Source: Thermoproteota archaeon
GTDB taxonomy: Archaea; Korarchaeota; JAOZGF01; JAOZFZ01
NCBI GenBank assembly: GCA_027492035.1
Contig: JAOZFT010000007.1
Coordinates: 27,195 to 91,194 of the forward strand
Direction: 5' to 3'
DNA: 64,000 nt
A program made the position numbers and the translations under genes. Below, one piece after another: positions 56,101-64,000 of the stretch. Positions within the stretch are counted from its first letter, which is position 1, and each line of letters opens with the position of its first letter. The notes under the pieces were generated by a model, which was not told the DNA's origin, searched no databases, and saw only the letters and a program-made list of their open reading frames with translations.

Positions 56101-57456
56101 ATGGGCGAAAAAATTCTTCCAAGAAAAGAAATTCTCGACCAGTACATAGAACGAACTTTAAAATCTAAAAAAGCCTACGAAGAAGCAAAGGAATTGATTC
56201 CAGGCGGAGTTGGAAGCGGTTACAGGTACATCGTACCGTATCCTTTCTTCATTAAAGAAGCTAAGGGAAGCAAGTTTTGGGATTTGGACGGAAACGAATA
56301 CATAGACTACTTAATGGCTTATGGCCCATTAATTGCAGGACATGCTCATCCTGTAATTGTTGAAGCTGTCAAGGAACAATTGGAAAAGGGGAGTTTGTAT
56401 GCTATACCTCATGAAAAAACAGTTGAGTTTTTGAGAGAACTAAAGAAACGTTATCCCATGCTAGACATGTTCAGGCTAACTAATTCAGGAACAGAATCTA
56501 CTCTTCACGCAATAAGACTTGCAAGAGCTTACACAGGAAAGGATAAAATAGTTAAAATTGAGGGGTGTTACCACGGAATGCATGATAATGTATTAGTAAG
56601 CGTAGAACCTAGGTTAGGGGCAGCAGGCCCAAGATGGGCTCCCTCGGTTATTCCTGACTCCTTAGGCACCACCAAAGCCTCGCTTCAAGATGTGGTAGTT
56701 GCACCCTTTAACGACATAGAAGTAATGGAGAGAATATTTCAGAAACATGAAGGAGAAATAGCAGCTGTGATTCTTGAAGCAGTAATGATGAACGGAGTAG
56801 GGGTAATTCCGCCTGTAAAGAATTATTACCAAGACTTGAGGAAATTAACTGATGAATATAATGTGTTAATAATTTTTGATGAAGTAAAAACAGGTGCAAG
56901 GGTTGCGTATGGTGGAGCAGCAGAGCTCTACAATGTTAAGCCTGACATTGTAACCCTGGCTAAAGCAATTGGGGGAGGTTTCTCTTTAGGTGCTTTTGGG
57001 GCAAGAAAGGAAATAATGGAACTAGTTACTCCCTTGGGTCGTTTCCTTCACGGAGGAACATATAACGCTAACCCCTTAGCAATAACTGCAGGCGTAGTTA
57101 CATTGAAAAAGATAATGACTAAACAGGCTTACCGCTACCTTCACAAACTAAATGAAGAGATGGTTAAAGGCGTAAATGATTTAATAGAAGACACGGGGAT
57201 AAACGCTTCAGTTACAAGCGTAAGTCCCATGGGTTATATTTACTTCCCAGCAATGAAACCAAAGAACTACAGAGAAGCAGTTAGCCGAGTGAATATGCAG
57301 AAAACAATTGATTTCTGGTTCGCAATGTTAAACAGAGGAGTTCTTATCTGGGCCCCGTGCCAGATGGAACAGTGGAACATCACAATGGCCCATACAGAGG
57401 AAGATATTCAGTATACACTTGAAAAAATTGATGAAGCATTTCAGCAAGTGAAGTAA
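56101..57456 (+). CDS. Class III aminotransferase-fold protein, glutamate-1-semialdehyde 2,1-aminomutase-like paralogue
   Basis: 451 aa. YGPLIAGHAHP, NSGTEST, IFDEVKTG, PLP-Lys context TLAKAIGGG. The N-terminal PGGVGSGYRY deviates from the HemL PGGVNSPVRAF, so I do not call it hemL. Confidence 0.75.
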   Translation: MGEKILPRKEILDQYIERTLKSKKAYEEAKELIPGGVGSGYRYIVPYPFFIKEAKGSKFWDLDGNEYIDYLMAYGPLIAGHAHPVIVEAVKEQLEKGSLYAIPHEKTVEFLRELKKRYPMLDMFRLTNSGTESTLHAIRLARAYTGKDKIVKIEGCYHGMHDNVLVSVEPRLGAAGPRWAPSVIPDSLGTTKASLQDVVVAPFNDIEVMERIFQKHEGEIAAVILEAVMMNGVGVIPPVKNYYQDLRKLTDEYNVLIIFDEVKTGARVAYGGAAELYNVKPDIVTLAKAIGGGFSLGAFGARKEIMELVTPLGRFLHGGTYNANPLAITAGVVTLKKIMTKQAYRYLHKLNEEMVKGVNDLIEDTGINASVTSVSPMGYIYFPAMKPKNYREAVSRVNMQKTIDFWFAMLNRGVLIWAPCQMEQWNITMAHTEEDIQYTLEKIDEAFQQVK

Positions 57457-57706
57457 ATGTTTTTATTTCTTTCCCATCCCTTCTTTTTAAATCTCTTTAA
57501 AAATAAATGAAAAATTATGAATAATGTTTATTTCACCTCGTGTACCGAGGAAAAACTCCATATTTAACTCTTGCTTATTTAAAAACAAAGAAGAAACGTG
57601 ACAAATTTTTTAAGGAAATTAGCTTAATTTTTTATAAAAGGAAACATTCCTTTCTTAAAAAAAGTTTCACATTTTTTACAAATGATTTTTCCGGTGGATC
57701 CCTTTT

Positions 57707-58090
57707 ATGAATTTGGAAGAGGAAATAAATAACCTTTATAAGTTAATTTTTGAAATTTACAAAGTGTTTAACATGTCCTTACTTTTCGCTTACAGAAGAG
57801 GTAAAAAGAGGAATTTGAAAAAGGAAGAAATTGATTTAATGATAACACCTATCTTCATTGCAAGGACGCTTTTAGGAAGTAGTTTTTTGACAAGCAAAGC
57901 CCCAAGCCGGTTCAAAAAGGAGTTAATTGAAGCAACTTTCAATAAGAAAATAAGTGAAATAGGATCAAAGGAATTGATGGATGAATTCCTTTTGGAAAAA
58001 GGGGAAGCTGAAGAAATTTTGAAAGAAATAAATCACCCAAACACAGAAATGAAAGAAGAATCCCGTCACAAATTCACAGGTTTGCTTTGA
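57707..58090 (+). CDS. Hypothetical protein
   Basis: 127-aa ORF, no recognisable motif. Isolated, with 250-bp upstream and 46-bp downstream gaps. Confidence 0.35.
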   Translation: MNLEEEINNLYKLIFEIYKVFNMSLLFAYRRGKKRNLKKEEIDLMITPIFIARTLLGSSFLTSKAPSRFKKELIEATFNKKISEIGSKELMDEFLLEKGEAEEILKEINHPNTEMKEESRHKFTGLL

Positions 58091-58136
58091 AATGTATCCT
58101 CTGTGAAAGAAACTCTACAATAAAAATTGAAATGAT

Positions 58137-58871
58137 TTAATTTCTCTCTTTCATTATCTTTTTTAATTCTAAAGCATTTTTTACAGCGTAGCCGTTGAAA
58201 TCATTGTTAAAATAAACAAAAACTTCTTCTACATCCATTTCTTTTATTCTACTACCCCACAAACGCAATTCTTTTTCAGTGTAATTGTAACTGTACCACC
58301 TTTCTTTTCCATGAAAACGTATGTAGGTGAAGTCTGTAGTTACTTCAACAATTTCAGGAAATCTAGGGGCACTAATTATACAGAAAGCAACCCCTAGTTT
58401 CCGGAGAATATTGAAAGTTTCATGATGGAACCAAGATTTATGTCTAAATTCAACAGTAAACCTGTACTTGTTTAAGGGAAGTTGTGTAAAAAAGTTTTCA
58501 AGCAAGTCTGTGTCTCTGTGCAAACTTGGAGGTAACTGAACCAAGATTGGACCTAAACAATTATTTTCCTTTAAAGGCTTTATCCTTTCAAGAAATAATT
58601 CACAATTCTTTGAAGCGTCCACTAGCTTCTTCACATGAGTTATCTTCTTGTTTAATTTAACAGAGAACAGAAACCCTTTCGGTACCTTCCTCACCCACCC
58701 TTTAACGTATCCAGTAAAGGGTAAATGGTAAAATGTTGAGTTTACTTCCACTGTGTCAAAAAACTTCGAATAGAAACTGAGAAAATTCTTTTTCTCCGTT
58801 TTTTCAGGATAAAAGACACCTACCCAGTGGTTATAAGACCAACCGCTGCAACCGACCTTAACAGTTTTCAA
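58137..58871 (-). CDS. DUF72 (YecE/UPF0759) family protein
   Basis: 244 aa. VGCSGWSYNHWVGVFYP...FYSKFFDTVEVNSTFY is the DUF72 signature. Confidence 0.8.
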   Translation of the reverse strand: MKTVKVGCSGWSYNHWVGVFYPEKTEKKNFLSFYSKFFDTVEVNSTFYHLPFTGYVKGWVRKVPKGFLFSVKLNKKITHVKKLVDASKNCELFLERIKPLKENNCLGPILVQLPPSLHRDTDLLENFFTQLPLNKYRFTVEFRHKSWFHHETFNILRKLGVAFCIISAPRFPEIVEVTTDFTYIRFHGKERWYSYNYTEKELRLWGSRIKEMDVEEVFVYFNNDFNGYAVKNALELKKIMKERN

Positions 58872-59100
58872 TTCTTTTCCCTCTTCCTTATTCGAGGGAA
58901 AAATAATTTTTGAAGTAAAGTATTAAGGATTAGCATGATGTAACATAAAAACTTAAGCAGGAGATATTTAATTTGGCTGTGCTGTTCAAGAAAAGGCTGT
59001 ATTTAAACATTTCATATATAGGATAGGTAATTCCCTTTCTATAGAGAAGATAGAAAAGTATATAAAAAGGTTTTTCTAAAAAAGGTGAAGGTGTCTTTCC

Positions 59101-59736
59101 ATGTATTCAAACGAAATTATTCTTCCTGAACCTAAGAAGAAGGGAGTTGTAAGTGTGGAGGAAGCAATTTTTTCAAGGAGATCGGTAAGGCAATATTTAA
59201 ATAAACCTTTGAAGCTTGAAGAGTTAAGTCAGTTGCTTTGGGCTGCTCAAGGAATAACTGATGAAGAATACGGATTGAGAGCTTCACCAAGTGCTGGAGC
59301 AACTTATCCGCTGGAAATATACGTAACAGTTAGAGAGGGAGGAGTTGAAAAACTTAAACCTGGGGTTTATCATTATAACCCACATAAACATTCTATTTCA
59401 GTAATTAAAGAAGAAGATTGTAGTGCGGCTCTCTACAATGCAGCCTTGAAACAAAGTTGTGTTTTGAATGCACCTATAAATGTGGTTATCTGCGCAGTTT
59501 ATGGAAGAACTACAGCCAGGTATGGTGAGAGGGGGTACAGATATGTTCACATGGAAGCTGGACATGTAGGAGAAAATATTTATTTACAAGCAGCGGCTTT
59601 AAAGCTGGAGACGGTGGCTGTCGGAGCCTTCTATGATGAAAAAGTAGCTCAAGTTTTAAATGCACCAAAAAACCATAAACCCATTTATGTTTTCCCTATA
59701 GGGCGGCGGAAAATTCAGCAGAAACATAACAGGTAA
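59101..59736 (+). CDS. SagB/ThcOx-type nitroreductase-fold dehydrogenase
   Basis: 211 aa. RRSVRQY, LLWAAQG, RASPSAGATYPLEIY, GVYHYNPHKHS. Confidence 0.75.
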   Translation: MYSNEIILPEPKKKGVVSVEEAIFSRRSVRQYLNKPLKLEELSQLLWAAQGITDEEYGLRASPSAGATYPLEIYVTVREGGVEKLKPGVYHYNPHKHSISVIKEEDCSAALYNAALKQSCVLNAPINVVICAVYGRTTARYGERGYRYVHMEAGHVGENIYLQAAALKLETVAVGAFYDEKVAQVLNAPKNHKPIYVFPIGRRKIQQKHNR

Positions 59737-59798
59737 CTGCATTACGAAATTTATTGAAAAATATTATTTTTTATGGTTTCAAATGGGCAATAAAGGGT

Positions 59799-60476
59799 TT
59801 AGGGGTGAAAAATAATCAGAGTTACTGCAGCTAGTATCTCCAATAAGTAAAGCACCAATCCTAAAGTATCCTTTTTATCCCATTTCTTCCCCTTTTCTTC
59901 TGTAAACTTTTCTACAACTTCTTCTCCACCCCTCCACCTCCATCTGGGCTGCATATAATTTGGGGCATAAACTAAAGCCAAACTCAAAGGTATTCCTCTC
60001 AATAAAGTATAAGGTAAAGCGTCCCCCAAAGGTGACCAAACATAGAACAGCGTTGCTCTGAAAGGGATCATATGGAGGAAGTTGTCAAACATGAAAAGCC
60101 AGTAAGCAGGAGCAACTAAGTAAGCCGCAGTTACAGAGTAAAACCAAATAAGAACATGGGAAAATTTGCTTCTACGGTACTTCCAAATTGTTTTAGCCAA
60201 AAAACAAATACCTAAGCCTGTTATGAAATAACCAAGCATGTCAATCCATGTATCCCATGATGGAATACCTATCAAGATCGATATTATTAGTGTCACGTAA
60301 GGGCCTCCAGCAAAGGAACCAAGTACCACTAAAGTGTGGCCGAGGTCGACAACAAATGGAGGAACCCAAGGAATATTTAGGCCCAGCGCTCTCCATGCAA
60401 ACGCTAACCCACCCAAGGCTGCAGCTAACCCAGCCTGTTTAGAAGATATTATTTTCCTTGTCTCTTTTTCAGACAT
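59799..60476 (-). CDS. Polytopic membrane protein, candidate substrate-capture (S) component of the adjacent ECF module
   Basis: 225 aa, 5-6 TM segments, 35 nt downstream of ecfT on the same strand. No specific family recognised. Confidence 0.4.
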   Translation of the reverse strand: MSEKETRKIISSKQAGLAAALGGLAFAWRALGLNIPWVPPFVVDLGHTLVVLGSFAGGPYVTLIISILIGIPSWDTWIDMLGYFITGLGICFLAKTIWKYRRSKFSHVLIWFYSVTAAYLVAPAYWLFMFDNFLHMIPFRATLFYVWSPLGDALPYTLLRGIPLSLALVYAPNYMQPRWRWRGGEEVVEKFTEEKGKKWDKKDTLGLVLYLLEILAAVTLIIFHP

Positions 60477-60511
60477 CTTTTTCCACCTTACTTTTCTCCC
60501 ATTAACCTTTT

Positions 60512-61342
60512 TTAAAAAATTTTCCTCATCAAATAAAGGGTAAAATTGAAGTTACCGAGGTTTAGATACCATTGCCCAGTTATTAAAGCGAAACAGAGAA
60601 GTAGGAAAAGTGATAGAGTGAAGAGCCAATCTGTTTTTCTATATTTCATTTCAGTTATGAATGTTCTTTTTTTAGGGTTTCTGCTGAAGCCTTTGGTCTC
60701 AATTGTTAAAGCTATTTCTTGAGCCCTTCTAAAAGCATTCATTAAGGAGGGCATAATTAGTGGTATGTAACTAAATAAAAGCTTTACAGGGTTTTTTGTG
60801 TTGTGACTGACCCCCTTTAATTCTTGGGCATTCACTATTTCTCTGATTTCATCCATTAAGACTGGAATGTAACTGAAACCTATCGATAAGGCAACTGCAA
60901 ATTCAGCCGGAAATTTTAGTTTTGTAAGAGAGGTTAACAATTGGTTAAGAGGTGTAACGTAAAGGATTGTTGTCAAAGTTGTCATTATTATTAGAACCTT
61001 AAATTCAACTCCTAAACTATAAATTAAGGCTTCTAGGTAAATGTCCCACAAAAGGAAATGCCCTAACAAGTAGTTTTCTCCAAATTGTCCCCTGTAACCC
61101 AGCAAGTTGAAGAGGGGGTAAATTAGTAGCAGTGGAAGAATTGCTTTGTACATTGGTGACAATTTTTTCAGGGAGATTTTGGTTGTTTTCAACATAGCCA
61201 ACACTGCCAAATATATGAGGAAAAGGATTGTAGGGTCCGAATATGCAATGGCTAGGAACGTGAATACGAAATAGAGAAGAATTTTTACTCTTGGGTCTAG
61301 TTTGTGGAGGAAAGTCTCTCCTTCACAATATTCAAAAACCAT
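60512..61342 (-). CDS. ecfT: Energy-coupling factor transporter transmembrane (T) component, CbiQ/EcfT family
   Basis: 276 aa. LHKLDPRVKILLYF N-terminal motif and the conserved C-terminal region AFRRAQEIALTIETKGF. Confidence 0.8.
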   Translation of the reverse strand: MVFEYCEGETFLHKLDPRVKILLYFVFTFLAIAYSDPTILFLIYLAVLAMLKTTKISLKKLSPMYKAILPLLLIYPLFNLLGYRGQFGENYLLGHFLLWDIYLEALIYSLGVEFKVLIIMTTLTTILYVTPLNQLLTSLTKLKFPAEFAVALSIGFSYIPVLMDEIREIVNAQELKGVSHNTKNPVKLLFSYIPLIMPSLMNAFRRAQEIALTIETKGFSRNPKKRTFITEMKYRKTDWLFTLSLFLLLCFALITGQWYLNLGNFNFTLYLMRKIF

Positions 61343-61376
61343 TTCCTTAAATTTACCTCTTCCTTGCTTCTTTCAC

Positions 61377-61496
61377 TTATTCCTTTCTCCATTTAGAGTT
61401 TCCATAATGTATCACATAAACCAGTAACGCTATCACTATAACAGCTGCTACCCAGTTCCATGGAGATGGAAGGGTGAACCAAGTTTTTTGAAGCAT
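61377..61496 (-). CDS. 39-aa single-TM micro-ORF between ecfA and ecfT
   Basis: Own translation: MLQKTWFTLPSPWNWVAAVIVIALLVYVIHYGNSKWRKE. It fills most of the 173-nt ecfA-ecfT gap on the same strand. It is below the ORF-track cutoff and coding status is unproven. Confidence 0.3.
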   Translation of the reverse strand: MLQKTWFTLPSPWNWVAAVIVIALLVYVIHYGNSKWRKE

Positions 61497-61515
61497 TTTA
61501 CTTCTTCACCCCTTT

Positions 61516-63291
61516 TTAAATTGTTAGTAAAGTTTTGAAAAACTCAAAACCTTCTTCTGTATTTAAAATTGTCCATTTCAGCTTGTTTTGAGTGAAAAGG
61601 TTGAAGAGTTGCGAAATTTGTGGGGGTTCAATGCTTACCTTCTTTAACAGAAACGAATTCGCGAAAACTTTTCTTGGTTCATTATCCAGCATTACCTCCC
61701 CTTTATTTAGTAAAATTACTCTTTGACAGTACTCTGCAACTAAGCTTATTTCATGAGTTATGACAATGATTGTCTTTCCTTCCTTATTTAGTTTTTTGTA
61801 AAGGTTCATCATTTTTAAACTTGTTAAGTAATCCTGTCCAGTAGTGGGTTCATCAACTATTAGTATCTTTGGTTTCATGGTCAACACAGAAGCTACAGCC
61901 ACTTTTTGTTTTTCTCCCCTGCTGAGGTAGAAGGGGTTCTTGTTCAGTAAAGGTTTAAGTTTTAAAGCTTCAACTACTTCATTCACTCTTTCATTTATTT
62001 CTCCTTCCTTTAAACCTAGATTCCGTGGCCCAAGTGCCAATTCTTCCTTCACTGTACGAGAAAGAAGCTGATTGTTGGGGTTTTGGAAGACATAACCTAC
62101 CTTTGTTGAAAGAAAAGAAACGGTGGTTTTGGTGGTGTCCACTCCATCCACATAAACTTTTCCCTTTGTAGGTTTAAGTAGACCATTAATTAATTTAGCA
62201 AGGGTTGTTTTGCCTGAACCATTTTGTCCTATTAAGCCTATGAATTCCCCTTCTCTTATTTCTAAATTTATGTTTTTTAAGGCTTCTACCCCTTTAGGGT
62301 AGGTGAAACTCAGGTTTTCAATAGTGACTACTTTCTTCCTGGAGGTTTCTTTTAAATCACTCCTTTCCTTTAATAAATGCTTTAACCAGGTTTCTTTTCT
62401 CGCCAATATTTTTTCTGGAACAACTTCTTTCTTTTTTAATTCTTCCTTTATTAATTTATAGGCTGCATCGACTGTTAAGGGAAGTTTTTCTTCAGTTATT
62501 AAGTTTTCTTTTTTCAGTTTATGAATTAGAATAGTTACTTGAGGTACTTTTACACTGTACTGAAGCATTTCCTCCACATCATTCAAAACTTCACAAGGTT
62601 TCCCTTCCCTTTTCAATTTTCCACCATGAATAACCAAAATCTTGTCAGCTAAAGGAGCTATTTCTTCTAGCCTATGCTCCACTATTACCAATGTGCCCTT
62701 TCTCTCTTTGACCATTTTATTGATTAAGTTAAGAATTCTTTTTTTCCCGGCAGGGTCTAAGTTAGAGGTTGGTTCATCTAGAACAAAGATCTCTGGTTGC
62801 ATTGTTAAAATAGAAGCTAAAGCTACTGCTTGCTGTTCCCCATACGAGAGAAAGTGAGGGTTCCTTCTCTCATACCCTTCCAACCCTGTAGAAAATGAAA
62901 CTTCCTTTATCCTCTTAATTATTTCTTCCCTTGGAACCCCCAAGTTCTCAGGTCCAAAAGCCAGTTCTTCTTTTACAGTTGGTGTAACAAGTTGGCTTGA
63001 GGGATCTTGGAAAAGGAAACCAATGAATCCTGAAAAGAAACCAGGGTCATATATTTTTGTGTTATACCCTTTAGTTATAACTTCTCCTTCAAATTTTCCG
63101 TTAAAGAAGTGGGGAATTAAGCCATTAATTAATCTGCAAATAGTAGTTTTTCCAGCTCCACTGGGGCCTGTTATTAAAACAATTTCACCCTTTTTAACAT
63201 TAAATGACAGATTTTTTAGAGCTGGTTCATTACTTCCTTGGTAAGTATAAGTTACATTTCTAACTTGAACGTAACACCTTTCTTCATTCAC
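61516..63291 (-). CDS. ecfA: Fused tandem ECF-transporter ATPase (EcfA1-EcfA2 type)
   Basis: 591 aa. Walker A GPSGAGKTT and GQNGSGKTT, signatures LSYGEQQ and LSRGEKQ, Walker B FVLDEPT and LIVDEPT. Confidence 0.9.
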   Translation of the reverse strand: MNEERCYVQVRNVTYTYQGSNEPALKNLSFNVKKGEIVLITGPSGAGKTTICRLINGLIPHFFNGKFEGEVITKGYNTKIYDPGFFSGFIGFLFQDPSSQLVTPTVKEELAFGPENLGVPREEIIKRIKEVSFSTGLEGYERRNPHFLSYGEQQAVALASILTMQPEIFVLDEPTSNLDPAGKKRILNLINKMVKERKGTLVIVEHRLEEIAPLADKILVIHGGKLKREGKPCEVLNDVEEMLQYSVKVPQVTILIHKLKKENLITEEKLPLTVDAAYKLIKEELKKKEVVPEKILARKETWLKHLLKERSDLKETSRKKVVTIENLSFTYPKGVEALKNINLEIREGEFIGLIGQNGSGKTTLAKLINGLLKPTKGKVYVDGVDTTKTTVSFLSTKVGYVFQNPNNQLLSRTVKEELALGPRNLGLKEGEINERVNEVVEALKLKPLLNKNPFYLSRGEKQKVAVASVLTMKPKILIVDEPTTGQDYLTSLKMMNLYKKLNKEGKTIIVITHEISLVAEYCQRVILLNKGEVMLDNEPRKVFANSFLLKKVSIEPPQISQLFNLFTQNKLKWTILNTEEGFEFFKTLLTI

Positions 63292-63493
63292 TGCTTCATT
63301 TTCTGAAATATTTTTTGAGAAAATCTCTTTTCACCCAGTTATCTCTTTCAAATAGAGTTTTTATGAAATTCAGTAAGGGAGTGATGTGGTTTCCTGATTC
63401 ATCTAAAAATTTTCCTTTTTTATTTTTTTAAGAAGTTTTCTTTCAAGGATAGGTATTTACTACCGTTTTTAATGGGTTTGTGGCAAAGGATAA

Positions 63494-63856
63494 AGAGAAA
63501 AGAATAAAGCTAAAGATTTTATCTATAAATTAATATCTTCCCTTACTAAAAAGTTTGGCAGGTATGTCCATGGATTTTAGGATTTAGACAAAACTTCTGT
63601 GTTTATCGAATCGAAAGTTCATAATAGAAATGTTGCTAAAAGCAACTGGAAACAGATACAGAAGTACGTGGCTTATGAGAGTTCAGTAAAAAGTACTTAA
63701 TCCAAAGAACTCTGTGAAGAGGTGTCCCAGAGGTGGGACGGTGAATGCTCCGAAAGAATAACTCGTCAATACAAGAAATGTGGATTTAAAGTAAATAGGC
63801 GATTAAATGCACCCATAAATTTATATCTTGAAATGGAGGATTCTCTCCATCCCTAG
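63494..63856 (+). pseudogene. tnpB: Decayed 3' remnant of a TnpB (IS200/IS605-family OrfB, RNA-guided nuclease) gene
   Basis: Own translation. REKNKAKDFIYKLISSLTKKFGRYVHGF*DLDK...NWKQIQKYVAYESSVKST* ends at an in-frame TAA. A frame change gives VLNPKNSVKRCPRGG, then a stop and another frame change give CGFKVNRRLNAPINLY. This mirrors the TnpB core R.DflHK.s..lv...d.i..EdL...W..l...l.YKa...G..V..vnP.yTS..Cp.CG...C..CG...nRD.NAA.Ni. The roughly 250 N-terminal codons are missing. Confidence 0.7.
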
Positions 63857-64000
63857 AACTTTTTTAATGAACTGATGAGAGGACTGAAGAGGTTAACTCT
63901 GCCAGGGAGTAAGGTTGATGAATTACCCCAATGAATTGAGAAAGGGATTAAAATAATGAACACCAACGAGGTAACATCAAGGAGGTATATCATTTAAGTA

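Overview
AT-rich archaeal chromosomal segment. Evidence for archaeal origin: HdrABC, Fae, beta-RFAP synthase, a four-subunit 2-oxoacid:ferredoxin oxidoreductase, a Dpo4-type polymerase, GGTG/GGAGG ribosome-binding sites and A/T-rich TATA-like boxes. The proteins are K/E/I-rich, which suggests a thermophile. I can support about 60 protein-coding genes. I found no rRNA, tRNA or CRISPR array by eye. Recognisable content, in order: (1) a LivJ/LivH-type amino-acid ABC transporter fragment; (2) a creatininase-family enzyme and a methylmalonate-semialdehyde-type ALDH; (3) an accessory-looking stretch at 5.8-11.5 kb with a small wHTH protein, an ATP-cone/PD-(D/E)xK nuclease, a membrane-anchored wHTH protein, a secreted protein with cell-wall-binding-type repeats, an 845-bp ORF-free gap and a coiled-coil protein; (4) a tightly packed seven-gene cluster of korD-A-B-G-type OFOR genes directly followed by hdrA(mvhD fusion)-hdrC-hdrB; (5) an MFS transporter, a 1.2-kb ORF-free gap, then fae and a methanopterin-biosynthesis group (DUF447, beta-RFAP synthase, CitG-like); (6) a BMP-family ABC transporter; (7) an orphan ECF S-component; (8) a thiolase-fold/DUF35 pair; (9) an M50 protease; (10) a CoA-disulfide-reductase-like flavoprotein; (11) a RACo-like corrinoid activator next to a GSAM-like aminomutase; (12) DUF72 and SagB-type proteins; (13) an ECF transporter module. 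Points worth a second look: three apparent pseudoenzymes, namely a ThrC-like protein with the PLP lysine replaced and a C-terminal PadR-like wHTH, a PAS histidine kinase with His->Gln and degenerate ATP-binding boxes, and a thiolase-fold protein with no catalytic Cys; a dinB/dpo4 gene split by a +1 frameshift in a T7 run; a near-perfect 21-bp x 9-10 in-frame tandem repeat; two uncharacterised gene clusters (39.0-42.8 kb on +, 45.0-48.5 kb on -); and a decayed TnpB (IS200/IS605-family) remnant at the window end. All functional calls rest on motif recognition by eye. No database search was possible.
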